Assembly: GCA_051294905.1 (NCBI GenBank)
Contig: CM119380.1
Location: 23,064,001 to 23,128,000 of the forward strand
Reading direction: 5' to 3'
DNA: 64,000 bases
DNA from: Botryllus schlosseri
Taxonomy: Eukaryota
The translations under genes were made by a program, and so were the position numbers. Below are positions 1-11,700 of the stretch, piece by piece; positions within the stretch are counted from its first letter, which is position 1, and the number at the start of each line of letters is the position of its first letter. The notes under the pieces were generated by a model that was not told where the DNA came from, ran no database searches, and was given only the letters and a program-made list of their open reading frames with translations.

Positions 1-166
1 GGCTACTTCTGACGTAATAATGAGCAATGGCATTTAAAAATCAGACGTTTGTGTTATCATGAACCTGGTAAATACATCTTCCTTGTTCAGTTGTTCACGA
101 ATGTTCAGTTTATGTCATAGTCCTTGTACAAATCAAAAGTAATCGTTCTTTCACAAAGAAATCGAT

Positions 167-305
167 TAGATATGGGAAGTAGTCGATTACGATTACGATT
201 ACATCGGAATTTTTTCGAATGTAATCGATTGCGATTACGATTACTTGAAAATGCTGTAATCGTCGTAATCGATTACGATTACTAATCGCGATTACCCCAT
301 GTCTG
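167..305. mobile_element. Short palindromic MITE-like element with (GATTAC)n/(GTAATC)n interior
   Basis: TAGATATGGG..CCCCATGTCTG degenerate inverted ends; tandem GATTAC/GTAATC units; no TSD found. Confidence 0.55.
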
Positions 306-357
306 ATTGTGACACGTCAAATGTCCCTGCAAAATTATAACGCGACAGCTTCTACGA

Positions 358-1489
358 TAGGGTTGCCATACGTCCGGAATTTCCCGGACATGTCCGGAAT
401 TTCACTGGAAAAATTGCGTCCGGGAGGAAATTCTAAAAAATGCCTAAATGTCCGGAATTTTGAAGGCTTGAAGAAAGCTGAAAAGTTTTTCGTAAATCAA
501 CTTACACAATATTCTTTTCAAGCAGATTTATGCTATTAGAAATTTTTCTGCGCGGTGCGCGCGAGTTAATGCAACGCATCTTGATATGAGTATGGGAACC
601 AGGCACCGCCCTCGCAAAAAATGCAATCAAACATAAATATAAATCACCATCATTTACTGAAATAAGTCTAATTGTAATCGCAATTATAAGCTCACGGCAT
701 ATTCCTAGAGTTTGTTAAGGCCGATTGGATGCTTCAGTCACAGACAGTGGTTCCAAATCTTGGGGTCGGTACTCGGTTGCCTCCATCTGCGGATCGTGGA
801 GATGTTGGACGTAATCAGCTTCCAAAATAGGAAGTGAGTAAGTTTGGGCAAGCTGATTTTATTTAGTAATCAGCTAATCAAGTTTTCGCTGGGCCACGGA
901 ACATTTCAAGTTGGAAATGAGGTCGCGACCATAAAAGGTTGGAAATCATCAGATATGCAACCTGCTGGTGAATTTTATAGTAGCCTAATATATGGAAGAT
1001 TCAACATTATTGACAGAATTCATTCATAAAATTTAACAACCAGATGATATAGTATACGTGCCCAAGACGTTACATCGATTACCCAATGGTAGGCCCAAGA
1101 TCGGTGCTTTTTTGGAGGGAGGAAGGGGGCTGGAAAAATGTTGTTTCGGACCTGGTTAAAGAACACAACTAGATAGCCGCACCGACCTAACAGTATAGCA
1201 GGGCTGTCAAACTCAATCCCGACTGGCCAGACACGGTCCGCCAGACGATTTCATCCGACCCGTGAGGAAATCCATTGCAGACCATTGCAAGTAGCAATCA
1301 CAAGAGCTCACATTACATATGACATAATTCATGACCTATGTTTCACTCTATTCTTGTATACTGTCGATGGGCAATGCTTTGCTAGTGTGACGTCATATTG
1401 ACCGACAATGTGTAATACCTCATTTGTAAATGCGCTAGTGGGCGCTATAGAGTGTCCGGAATTTGCTTCACAAAAATATGGTAACCCTA
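358..1489. mobile_element. Non-autonomous hAT-type element
   Basis: TIRs TAGGGTTGCCATA / TATGGTAACCCTA; subterminal GTCCGGAATTT repeats; perfect 8-bp TSD TTCTACGA (350-357 and 1490-1497). Confidence 0.85.
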
Positions 1490-1798
1490 TTCTACGATGT
1501 CCAGATGCATTTGTACTCTCTCTCGCGTGGTGCCTACAACTAAATATACATCAACTATGCCAAGTACAGCAACAATTTTATTCAAATATTTTTAATTGTG
1601 ATTTTTTCCGAGCCAGGCGTGAATTCACAATAGTAAATCACATTTTCAAGATGCGTGTGGAGTGTTAGTCTGCAAGGTACCGTTAAATAAGGCCTACTCG
1701 GAAAGACATTGATTTCCCCTATTATTTGTGCTGCGGCCCGCGGCGCTATCAAAAAGTAGGAAATTGGCCCGCGAGCACATTTGAGTTTGAGACCTCTG
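1199..1798. mobile_element. hAT-Charlie-like terminal fragments
   Basis: CAGGGCTGTCAAACTC at 1199 and GGCCCGCG..GAGTTTGAGACCTCTG ending at 1798; similar end CAGGGGTTGTCAACC at 4298. No shared TSD, so probably separate fragments. Confidence 0.45.
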
Positions 1799-1930
1799 GC
1801 CTAGGCCAAGGTGGGTGTCTGATTCCATCGACTACTCCAAGTCGCTTCGACAACTTCCTATCTTTTCATTGTATCGCATTTTTGAGGTGTATTGAACTGA
1901 TAAAAATTGCTAATAAACCAACGATGATGA
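1798..1930 (+). repeat. Dispersed repeat, inverted copy at ~34960-35081
   Basis: cctaggccaaggtgggtgtctgattcc..cgacaacttcctatcttttcattgtatcgca aligns by eye with the reverse complement of 34960-35081. Confidence 0.7.
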
Positions 1931-2675
1931 TTTTGACATCCTGGCTACGCAACTGTTATTGATAATGACCTGACCGGTATCACAATACACACATTGATGG
2001 CACTCGATCGCGAAACAGAGAAAAGTGTTGTCGGACAGGAATGAGAAACTGAAATCGAGTATATGTGGATCATATTCGTATTGCGTTTGTTCTACTATAT
2101 GAAATGTTGTTGAACAAAAATTTCTATCAAGCAGTCCACCGATATGATGTGGTCACCTCTGCAATATCGTTTTCAAGATCACTTTGTGCTTTCTGTGCGA
2201 TCTCCGCGTTGTCGAGATCCGGATATGTATGACATGCGCTGAAATGATAGGAGATGATCAATGTTGCACATGGTCAATAATATCATTCAACTGTGACGTG
2301 ACCTCAGATAGTGAAATACGCATGCGGTCCTTTCCATTAAACCGTCATCAAGAATTGTAAACATGTTAGCGAAATATTCAGATACGGGGCATTACCTTCG
2401 GTATGGGGAGTAATGGGATAATTAGATTTTTTAATAACACTTAACATTTTGGTTTTCATAACAGCCGTTAAAACATGAAGAAACAATTACCCGGTGAAGA
2501 CGATTCCGCTTGAGTTCAGTTTCCCAGCAACAGCTGTAACAAAAACCTAAAAGAAATATGACTCATGAGATTGGAGACGCACAATCAAAAATGATTCCAA
2601 ATCGTAATGGGCATCATTATCTTGCTGTAACTACTTTCATGGATCAAAACGAAATAGACTTATTCCTGCATGCCG

Positions 2676-5600
2676 TCAACATCTGACTGTACTACAAGCA
2701 AACGTATTTCTATCCCGTTCTCTAACCCCGTAAAGATCATAACAGTCGCTTGTCGAACGGAGACACAGGCCCCGCATGAAGGCGTCGAAACGCGGCATGG
2801 GTTTGGTACAGTAATGTATGTGAACTGGAATGAAAAGAATAATGAGAATTTGGGATAATTCTGGGATTAAGATGATCACTGACCCCATTTATTCAACCAC
2901 TTAAGAGTAGGCCTGCTATACCTGATAGGCTGATACACACCCGGAGAGACAGACCTATCTGATGCATGCGCGACCCCAAATATATTCGGCTAGCAACTTG
3001 TAGAAAAGTCTCAAAGAGGAATTTGTACCCACATGCATGAAACAGTACGAATACATCATAAATCTATACACTCACCTATAAATATCATGATCAAAACCGC
3101 GAGCGCAAATAGCACTGTAGAAATGATGAAAACATAACTGATCGCTCTGTTAATTATGTTCATGTCGTGGGAAACGTCCAGAAATTTCTTAGGAAACCTT
3201 TCAAATGTCTCACGGATTTCGTCATTGATATCATTCTGGTTGGTCACCATCACGAGTACAATATCGTGAGCTGTATATCTATAGAATAATCAAGAATTAA
3301 TGTATAAAAGGAACACAACTTAGTGTGGAATACACTCGAATCATATGCACTACAATCATTTGACAGTCCTGTCATGCATTGTTTTTGAGCTTAACAACAA
3401 TCTCGTTATTCGAACCAAGCTACCTGCAAATTACTGCCAATACTGCTAGTGTACTTAATCACTTGGTCTCGGTGTAACATAACTTAGCGACTAACTGAAA
3501 CGAGCCGCCAACTTCGGACTAGATTTGATCGATCCAGGCATGCAGCCTATTATATGACGCGCGAATACCTAAATACCAGCTCTCTGCGCTTGCTCGTTCG
3601 TTCGAGGAATAGGCTGCTTACTAATTCCAACATGATTTTTGAAACAGCAAACCTACATAGGCTCCTGGGTGGATAATCGTATAAGCAGTTGATTTGCTTG
3701 GTGCGGCTTGTCAATACTATACCCTTTTACCACTGATCGAACCATTATGTATGAACAATTGAACATCTGTCGTTTAAATTTCATGATAATTGACACGCCT
3801 TCAACAGGAAGACGATCTTGATAACCGCAAAGGCGGTACAGATAATACAATCCGTGCTATTTGGTATTATATCAATATATGATGGTCAGATCTGATGGAA
3901 CGATGGGATACCCAATTACAGAAAACTTAGAAACTCTGTTTCAACTATGGTAGCAATCGACATAGTCGGTGACTCTATTGCTTCCATCCCCTCAAGAAAA
4001 ACAATATACCACGCGGTACACACGACACAGTGCGATTTACTGAATACAGAAGGATGCTGAAACTCAGAGATACGGTCACTGTCATCTAGCATCAACCTGG
4101 GCTTAGTACCCGATGTAGAAGTGTTCCATCTTGATCTCTGCAGCTGTCATTCCTTGCCGTTAAATAGCACTGCATGTGGCGTGACGCTATTGTGGAAATG
4201 ATTTTAAACTCACAAATTCTCATCCGTGCAGCCAATCCACGATGATGTACAGGTACACTGCTGTGTACTACTGTACTGTACACTGTACGGTGTAGTGCAG
4301 GGGTTGTCAACCTTCTTTTGGCCGTGGCCCATTGTCGAGTTTGAAAATATTCTGTGGCCCGCCTCTTATCATAGTCAAGTTCAATGTGTGGTAATCGCCG
4401 CCACCGATATGCCTATTTCTGTCAAATATGCTAGCTGTACAATATACAACATAGTTGCGCCTATCGAAGTTGCGACGTCAGAGCAATAAATCCAATGATG
4501 CAATCAAATCATGTTGCTCTAACATGTGGGACATTTTTAGACCGACTCAAAACATTATTGTGCTGCGCTAATCATCAATCGATTACGATTCATTGCGGTG
4601 GTGCCCTATACTTCCACATGAAATTGAATATAGATAATAAACCGGAATTGTGGCTATTTCTATGTTACAATAATACGACCTACTGAAGTACCATTAATCT
4701 ACATCAAATGCACTTGAGTTCGAGTTTATTGCACAACCTTACAACGGCATATACGACGTATATGGCACTGCCAGAATACTTGGTTACGTCAGCATTAACT
4801 TCCACTTATTATATAATTGAAATCATTTTCGTTGCTGCTGGCCGTAGCTTGTCATGGCAGGGGCACAATAGCCGCCGTTCCCCCTCCCATTTGTGACTTG
4901 TACATTGTGACTCCATATGTGCCACTATACATCTCAACAGAGTCGGATGAAAGGCTTTGCATTCTCCATTCATGGTGAAAGCAGAAGCAATTAAAACGTG
5001 GTCTATCTCCGAACGAATTTGGTCAAAATCAGGATATGATTTGCGGTATCAAAGGCTAAGTTATTGAACAAGTGAGACGGCAGCTCACTCAAGTCAAGTT
5101 CCGATTCTTTTCCCCGTGTAGAGGGATCGTTGCGCCGTACAAACTAACTCTTTGCTGTCACCTACTGCGTTATAAATTATAAGATGACGGAGGAGCTTCT
5201 GAATACAGTCGCACACACACTAGTCACCCGCGCGTTGATTTCTCCAGATTCTATTCATTCCCACAGTCGGGATAAAGCAATTTCCGCTTATGCGTCATTG
5301 AAAAACTGCGAATACCTGCAATAAGACTCTTGCGCTTATAGTCGCATGCCCGCGTCCATTTCCGATGAAAACTGCGGTGGCGATCATCTCGCAGGGTCAT
5401 GTTCTATCAATTTTATATGCAAGAGTCATTTCTAACTAACGGGGAAGGAAGCAGTGTGGGTGATATCGGTAGCGGTTAAGACCTCGGAATAGGAGTCATC
5501 AAACGACAGAGGACGTTGATGGTATTCGTGTAGTCGTGGTGCTAAGGTCAGTTGAACGCGCGGTGCAAGATTGCATGGCGGTTCTTGAATATGTCGTGAA

Positions 5601-5882
5601 CTCGGGCCCAAATTTCTTAGAACGTTACGATTGTTCGTGTAATTCTCATTTTGTAGCTATAATGATTTCCTTGAAAGAGCTGTACTGTCGACGACAGCGC
5701 AAAAAAGAATACGACTGTAGGCCTACGACGAGAATGGTTGCATATTAGTAGGAATATTTCTTCAAAGACATTCTGGGGTTTCGTTGGCAGTGCAATGGCA
5801 ATTCATTCGTTGCTTTCGTTGGACGTACCGTATCCATCATCAACGCTGTGTGCCATGAATCATCTAATGCCTGACGCGACAT
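2676..5882 (-). CDS. Uncharacterised single-pass membrane protein, ~243 aa, 5-exon model
   Basis: Exons 5882-5829, 5656-5441, 3766-3657, 3278-3076 and 2824-2676 join in frame with GT-AG sites (732 nt). TM-like segment AISYVFIISTVLFALAVLIMIFIV; Cys-rich tail ending ..ACSTVRC*. The last three exons are best supported; extra exons at 4.0-5.3 kb and a further upstream start cannot be excluded. No family recognised. Confidence 0.5.
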
Positions 5883-7679
5883 TACTCATCTCTTTGTGAT
5901 AGCGTGCGCAGTCGACTGTTAGAAAATCAGTGAAAATTATATCCACTAAATTTACATGCCGGTCTATATGCTTCGACAAATCTAATATATAGTCGTCGTT
6001 CGTATATTTAACATTTTCCTGTGTCTGCATTGGCTCGTGAAACAGGAAATTCTCCATGCGCCTTACATAGCACTACCGAGTAAAACCGTTTCAACGAACA
6101 AATCGATGGGTTGGCGATATTGGAGCAAAAGCTTACACGATTGCTTTATCGCGTGGCACGGGATAGATTCGGGACAAATAAACACACAACAACTCGACAT
6201 TAGTGTCGGATAATGGTTATTTCAACGTACATAATTTGCTATTGTTCGATATCGTTACATCTAATAATTTTCATAAGTGCACATGTTTTAACGAATAAGT
6301 AAGTATACTCAGCGCATTTTCCAGTGCTAAACAACATAATCAAACTGCAAGTAAAAATCAGGGAGTAATAATTTCAAAATTCTACTCAAATACTAGCATT
6401 CCTGCTTGTTACTTTAAGTCGAATTGATTCACCCAGGTATTGGGTAAAGGGTAGGCCTACTTTGTAAATTATAAAAGGACGTTTCCTCGTACTTCAATTT
6501 CTGATTTTTCTTGACCTTTAATATTCACGTTATGTAGGGGTATTCTGCAAGGAAAAACGAAGTGTTACTAGACGTAGAAATGGGATATTGCAAAAGCCAC
6601 GCCAAAAGTGTGCAGTACTGTTAAAGAACTCCATGACAAGGGCTCATTGCAAGTAACACTAAAAGTGTTCAGTATACTGTAAAAGTGCTCCATGGCGTAC
6701 TACTATAGGTATGGCAAATCTACAACGCAGACAGACAGACAGATATATCCATTCAAAAAAACTTGGCACTGATACTTGAAAGCACAACAATGTAATCTTT
6801 GTAATGGCACCTTGACCCCGAGTCTTTCGGATAATTTGCGATCTAATCCGTCGCCGATGCAAAAAGCTCAGCTGAGCGACGGTTTACATATAGGCCTACG
6901 GGTGCTGTTGCATTTTAGTCACACGTATGTTGACTGAAAGTCCTTCGAGAATGGCTATTCAGCATGCTACCACATCGAACTCGCATACCGCTGTATGGAT
7001 GTAGGCCGTCATGACTCACACCAAGCTGAATAGTTGCGTAGGAGCATTGCGCTGGCTTCCGGCTCCTAAAAGAGCGTGCTGCCATATGAGATATTCCATC
7101 CTGTACTACACAAAGTATAAACTTCAGCTTGCTTATCACTGCTAATAGTAGGTTAAATGCATTACGTGACACCGAGATAGAAATAGAAATGTCGCCAATA
7201 TTCCCAATGTGCAGGTAAAATTGAAGGCAGCTTGAGTTATTATGCACAAGACATGGCATTTATAAGCAATATTGAACTGGGCTTTGAGGACTGCCAGATA
7301 AATTAGTTTAGCAGCCGAGGATAGCATTTGCGAATTTGCTACATATATTTGGTATATCTTGAAAGTTATTAGACGGTAAGATGTCATGTAAGTTGAACTG
7401 TTAGCGCATATAGGCGTATATCATACATAGTAAATTGTAAACTTATTGCCAGATAAGCAATATGGGTTATATCGGGCATGAATACCTACCCAACAAGAGA
7501 AATGATGTTACGCTACTTCTACCGAATGCGGGAAAATTGATGATTCGGATTAGAATGGCAGGACACAGTTACGTCCACCAATTTGCTAAGTACAATAGAT
7601 GTTCCTGCGGGTACACGAAGAGTAATAATTAGGCTAACTGCAACAATCTAGGCTAAATATGTTGTATTTCACAGTAAAA

Positions 7680-7820
7680 CTGCTCTCGCTTGTTACGTCA
7701 CCAGCTTTCCGCCGGATTGAAGATGGTTTCGTGCTGATCAATAAAGTTTAGCATCATATTCGAGTGGGCAGCATTTGTCGTTAAAATCAACGCGGAAGTT
7801 GCTGATAGCTTGGGCTCATA
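7680..7820. promoter_or_regulatory. Candidate divergent promoter region between the minus-strand gene and FAK
   Basis: Lies between two divergently oriented genes; CRE-like TTACGTCA (~7693) and ETS-like CGGAAG (~7792). Position and motifs only. Confidence 0.2.
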
Positions 7821-8305
7821 CTGTATATATTATACAACTCAAGACAGTTCTTGAGGCTGCTGGGTTATGAATTGAATAGAAAACGATCAGTCAGTCGCCT
7901 GTAACAATCAGTGTATTTTTTAGCCTGCTATCTCGCCCTAACGCGTAGACTTAGATCGAAAGGATACGCAGCAAACAATTGCTGGGCAGTAAAATATCAT
8001 CTAATCCGGCTGTTTTTTTTATTATTTCACATTGGAAATATTCTTTTAGGACTTGTGATTTGATGCTGAATATGGTGATCAATTAATCCTGTCTTTTATC
8101 AAAATAAGCAAGTTACAAATTCCATGCTTTCTTGCTACCGACCAGAAATCAATAGTCAAAGCCTAATAAATGTACTCTATTATTTCAATATTCAGTCGGA
8201 AAAATAGCAACCGATATTCGGCGATCGTGTATCCTACGCAGGAATGATAATAACAACATAGTTTTGGGCACATACAAATATTTTATGGATGTCCCACTGT
8301 AAAGT

Positions 8306-8723
8306 ATGCTGAAGTTTTCCGATACTCCGAGTAAAAAGAAAAAAGATCGCCAAAATGAAGTGAGAATGAGGAATGATCGTCCGCGGAATCTAGATCAAAA
8401 GGAAAACAGACCCCACTCATTAATTCTTGACAGTTACGATCAAGGAGGTAGAAAGCAAAGACCGACAAGTTTTGCGGAGAAAAGCCCCACGAAAATCGAA
8501 TTTCAGCGCGATAATGCGGGGCAAGCATTATCATCGTATTCTACTCGGCATGATGACGATGAATCGGTGCGATCCCGAGCGGTGACGGATGTTACAGCGT
8601 ATCTTGGTGGTGCACTAAGAACAAATAAAGAGGAATCCAGGGAAATCGGAACCGTACGGCCGGGCTCGGGATATCATGTCAGCACATTGTCGGAAGAGTA
8701 TTCAACAGCTTTCATACATGGGG
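8306..8723 (+). CDS. PTK2: FAK N-terminal extension, putative first coding exon (MLKFSDTPSKKKK...)
   Basis: Open frame from ATG 8306 with an in-frame TAA just upstream; donor GGG|GTAAGG, phase 1, matches the next exon. Confidence 0.6.
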
Positions 8724-11700
8724 GTAAGGAAGGACGTATGTAATAACGTCGATGACACTTTGTCATATGTTGGAATACTGACGGCTTATTGTGTTTTGTT
8801 AGTGTGGCCGAATTCGTGAGCACAATGACCATGAAGACTCCTCATAATCACATTCCATGTAGGTTAAGGTTACCATATTTTGGAATCGGGAAAGGAGGAC
8901 ACTTTCTCAAAATTTTCGAACTTAGAATACTAGAGGAAAATCTTGAAAAAAGTAAATTTTTTCCGCTTCGTGGTCGGTTGACTAAAGAAAAAAAAGGTCA
9001 ACTTTCTCGCTCAGCTCCCAAAATACAGTTTTTCTTTCACATTATCAGTTCATAGCAATTTACTGCGTTTTACAGCAATTTACGCTGTAAATTGCTATGA
9101 TCAGTTGGTTGACTAAAAAAAAGGTCTACTTTTCGGCTCAGCTTCCGAAATAGTTCAATTGTATAAATCACGGTCTATCGAATTATAGCTAACTAACCTA
9201 CGGAGGTTGATTATCTATAATCTAATCTACACCATTTGATTATAAATGGTTCCGGGCTGTCGATGTTCAGGGTAGGTCAAAGGTTGTGTCTTCGCCCTGT
9301 TCTAGTTGAGTGACTCACTGATGACGCGAATTAGGCCAAGGAATGCCGGAAATTTTTGCAAATACTACAGCAGTCGTGCCGAAACCCATGCAATTAGAAA
9401 TTGGCCAACTGTGGGTGAAGACAGGCCGGTGCTAGTTTACTAGGTCGATTCCTGCGAGTAATTTGTATCGCCGTAAGACTATGAGGGAGTGATCATGGAT
9501 ACTGCAGTCAGTGTTGAATCTGAAATCTGTAGGGTCAGATCATGTCAAGTGATCCAGAAAAATTTCAATTTATGCCCCCACCATCTCAGATTATCATGGA
9601 AATTGGTATGCTTAGAAAACTTTTCTTTCTGAATTCAGAAAAACAAATTTTATGAAAATCGGTCAAGTAATACTGAAGATGTGGCCGTTCAAAAATTGCT
9701 GTTTTTGTGATCGCTCAAGCGGAAAAAATGTCAGAAATTTACACATGTAATTGAAATCTGCTATATTTTGGTCAAATTAGGGTTGTTGAGAGTGACACTT
9801 TCACACTTGTTCATTTACATCCTACTTGATACTTTGCCCCCTTCTTTGACACCTGGGGTTGCATTGTCTGACCTTTAACCCCGCGAATCTGTTAATGTCT
9901 TCAAAAATCACTCATGTGTGACGCCATTTTTAATTGCAAATATCTTTTGGCTAAGACGTGGTGTCATCAAGTATAAGGTGTCATTGGAAAGCTCTTGGCA
10001 AGGACTTTCAAAATCAAAAATAACATTCCTCGCTAAAGAACCATTACACACCGTAAGAGTGCAATGAAACTAACCTGCAAATAGCATGTTTTAATGAAAA
10101 ATTCTCACATTGCGTACTTATAGAACAAACCGATTTTCAAATATTGAAGGAATTTTTGCTGCACAGTTTGTGGTGAATACACAAAATACTTCATAAACAT
10201 ATAAGAATTCCAAATTAACACAATGATGAGATACAATATTTTTTGTGTCTACACAATAGATTTGAGTGACAATCAGCACTAAGCATGACAATAAACATCA
10301 ATGTCCTGTGGGTTTTGTAGTTTTTATATTGTGCAGCGATGATTACTTTTCACACATCAGATACATTTATCTTTTATGATATTTTTCCCAACCTCGATCC
10401 ACTTTCACTTTTGATTCTTTTGACAGTTCATACTGTCCCCGACTATTGACTAAAGAAGGAACGTCTACTGTGCACAAAATGTGCTGGAATGGTGTCCAAC
10501 AACAGTCTTTATTTTGTGGCCAGTGAAAAAACAGAGATGGACCTTTACGGTGCATGAAGTTAACCAAAGCATCGTTGTTTAGCTTATCCAACTCTATGAC
10601 CATGCCAATGTACCACTTTTTGTCATAAACCGCGCATACAAATTGGTTTTGAATAATTTCACTTTGAAGGATGTGTTCTTGGTTTTCAGAGTCTTCATTC
10701 AATTCAACTTCCAACGCATAGTGCTCATCTTGGCTGACACGTTTTGCTCCTAGCTTTGTTGATGACAATGGCCTAAAATGATGAAAGGCTCGAGTACCTT
10801 TGACTGTGGCTGCGAGCTGAAATCGAGTTTCCAGAAAATATTTTGTAGCATCCAATTCGTCTTTGAGCAAATTTATAAATTTTATTTTTTGAAGATTTGG
10901 CACGCAATAAGACATCATTCCTTCCACATTCAAAATCTGATCATTCAGTGGGCGTCTCAGACTTTCCATTGCTGTAGCTCTTTTGACAGTGCCACCAACT
11001 CCATCACATGGCGATTTACCATGGCTGGTGGCAAAAAAGGACCAAGCGGCGTCCACTTTAAAGTCATCATTGTGCTTGCACAAATTGTAAAAAGATTTTC
11101 TGTTTTTGTACTGCGCAGCACAACCATCGCTAAAATATTCAATATTGTCCAAATCGGGAATTGTTGCTTTGAGAACTTGAATTGTTTTACGCTGAATCAA
11201 ATAAACCATGACTGCATCATGCAACAACTCTTCGGATAGAAAACAGAGACTAAAATGCAAAATTTCATTGCTTGCAGACTTGTAGTAGCAAACTACTGGG
11301 TGCACAGTGCAACTTCGGTGGGTCCAATGATACCCCTGAGCTTCATCCTGAATGTGGAAAGAGTAATTTTCTGCAAAATCCATTAATACAAGAGCTGTTT
11401 GATGATCCATATCTTGTTTACGATTTTTCAAATATAAAGACTGTGAATGCGAAATGTGATGATGTGGTGCTAAATTCGCAAGCCTTTTCAATAATAATTG
11501 AATAAACTCAGTTACTGATAAGGTTTGAGTTATAAGATCAGTTCGGTCAACTGACACCCACTGTTTGAAAGAAATTGGTTCATCCACATCTTCAAATTTT
11601 GAGTTGAGTAATTCCTGAACTGGTTCAAATCCGGGACAGTTCGAACAACGCTGCAGCATGCAGTCTCTGTTTTCAATATTGCAGACTGACAATTGAAGCA

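Noticed and set aside
6600-6700. Short imperfect duplication (ccatggagcacttttacagtatactgaacactttt-like unit on the - strand) and nearby minus-strand ORFs at 6659-7259
   Set aside because: Could not be joined in frame to the minus-strand gene; possibly UTR or non-coding
9315-9355. CTGATGA...GAAA hammerhead-like core (also CTGATGG at 31983)
   Set aside because: Stem II and the flanking helices do not form properly
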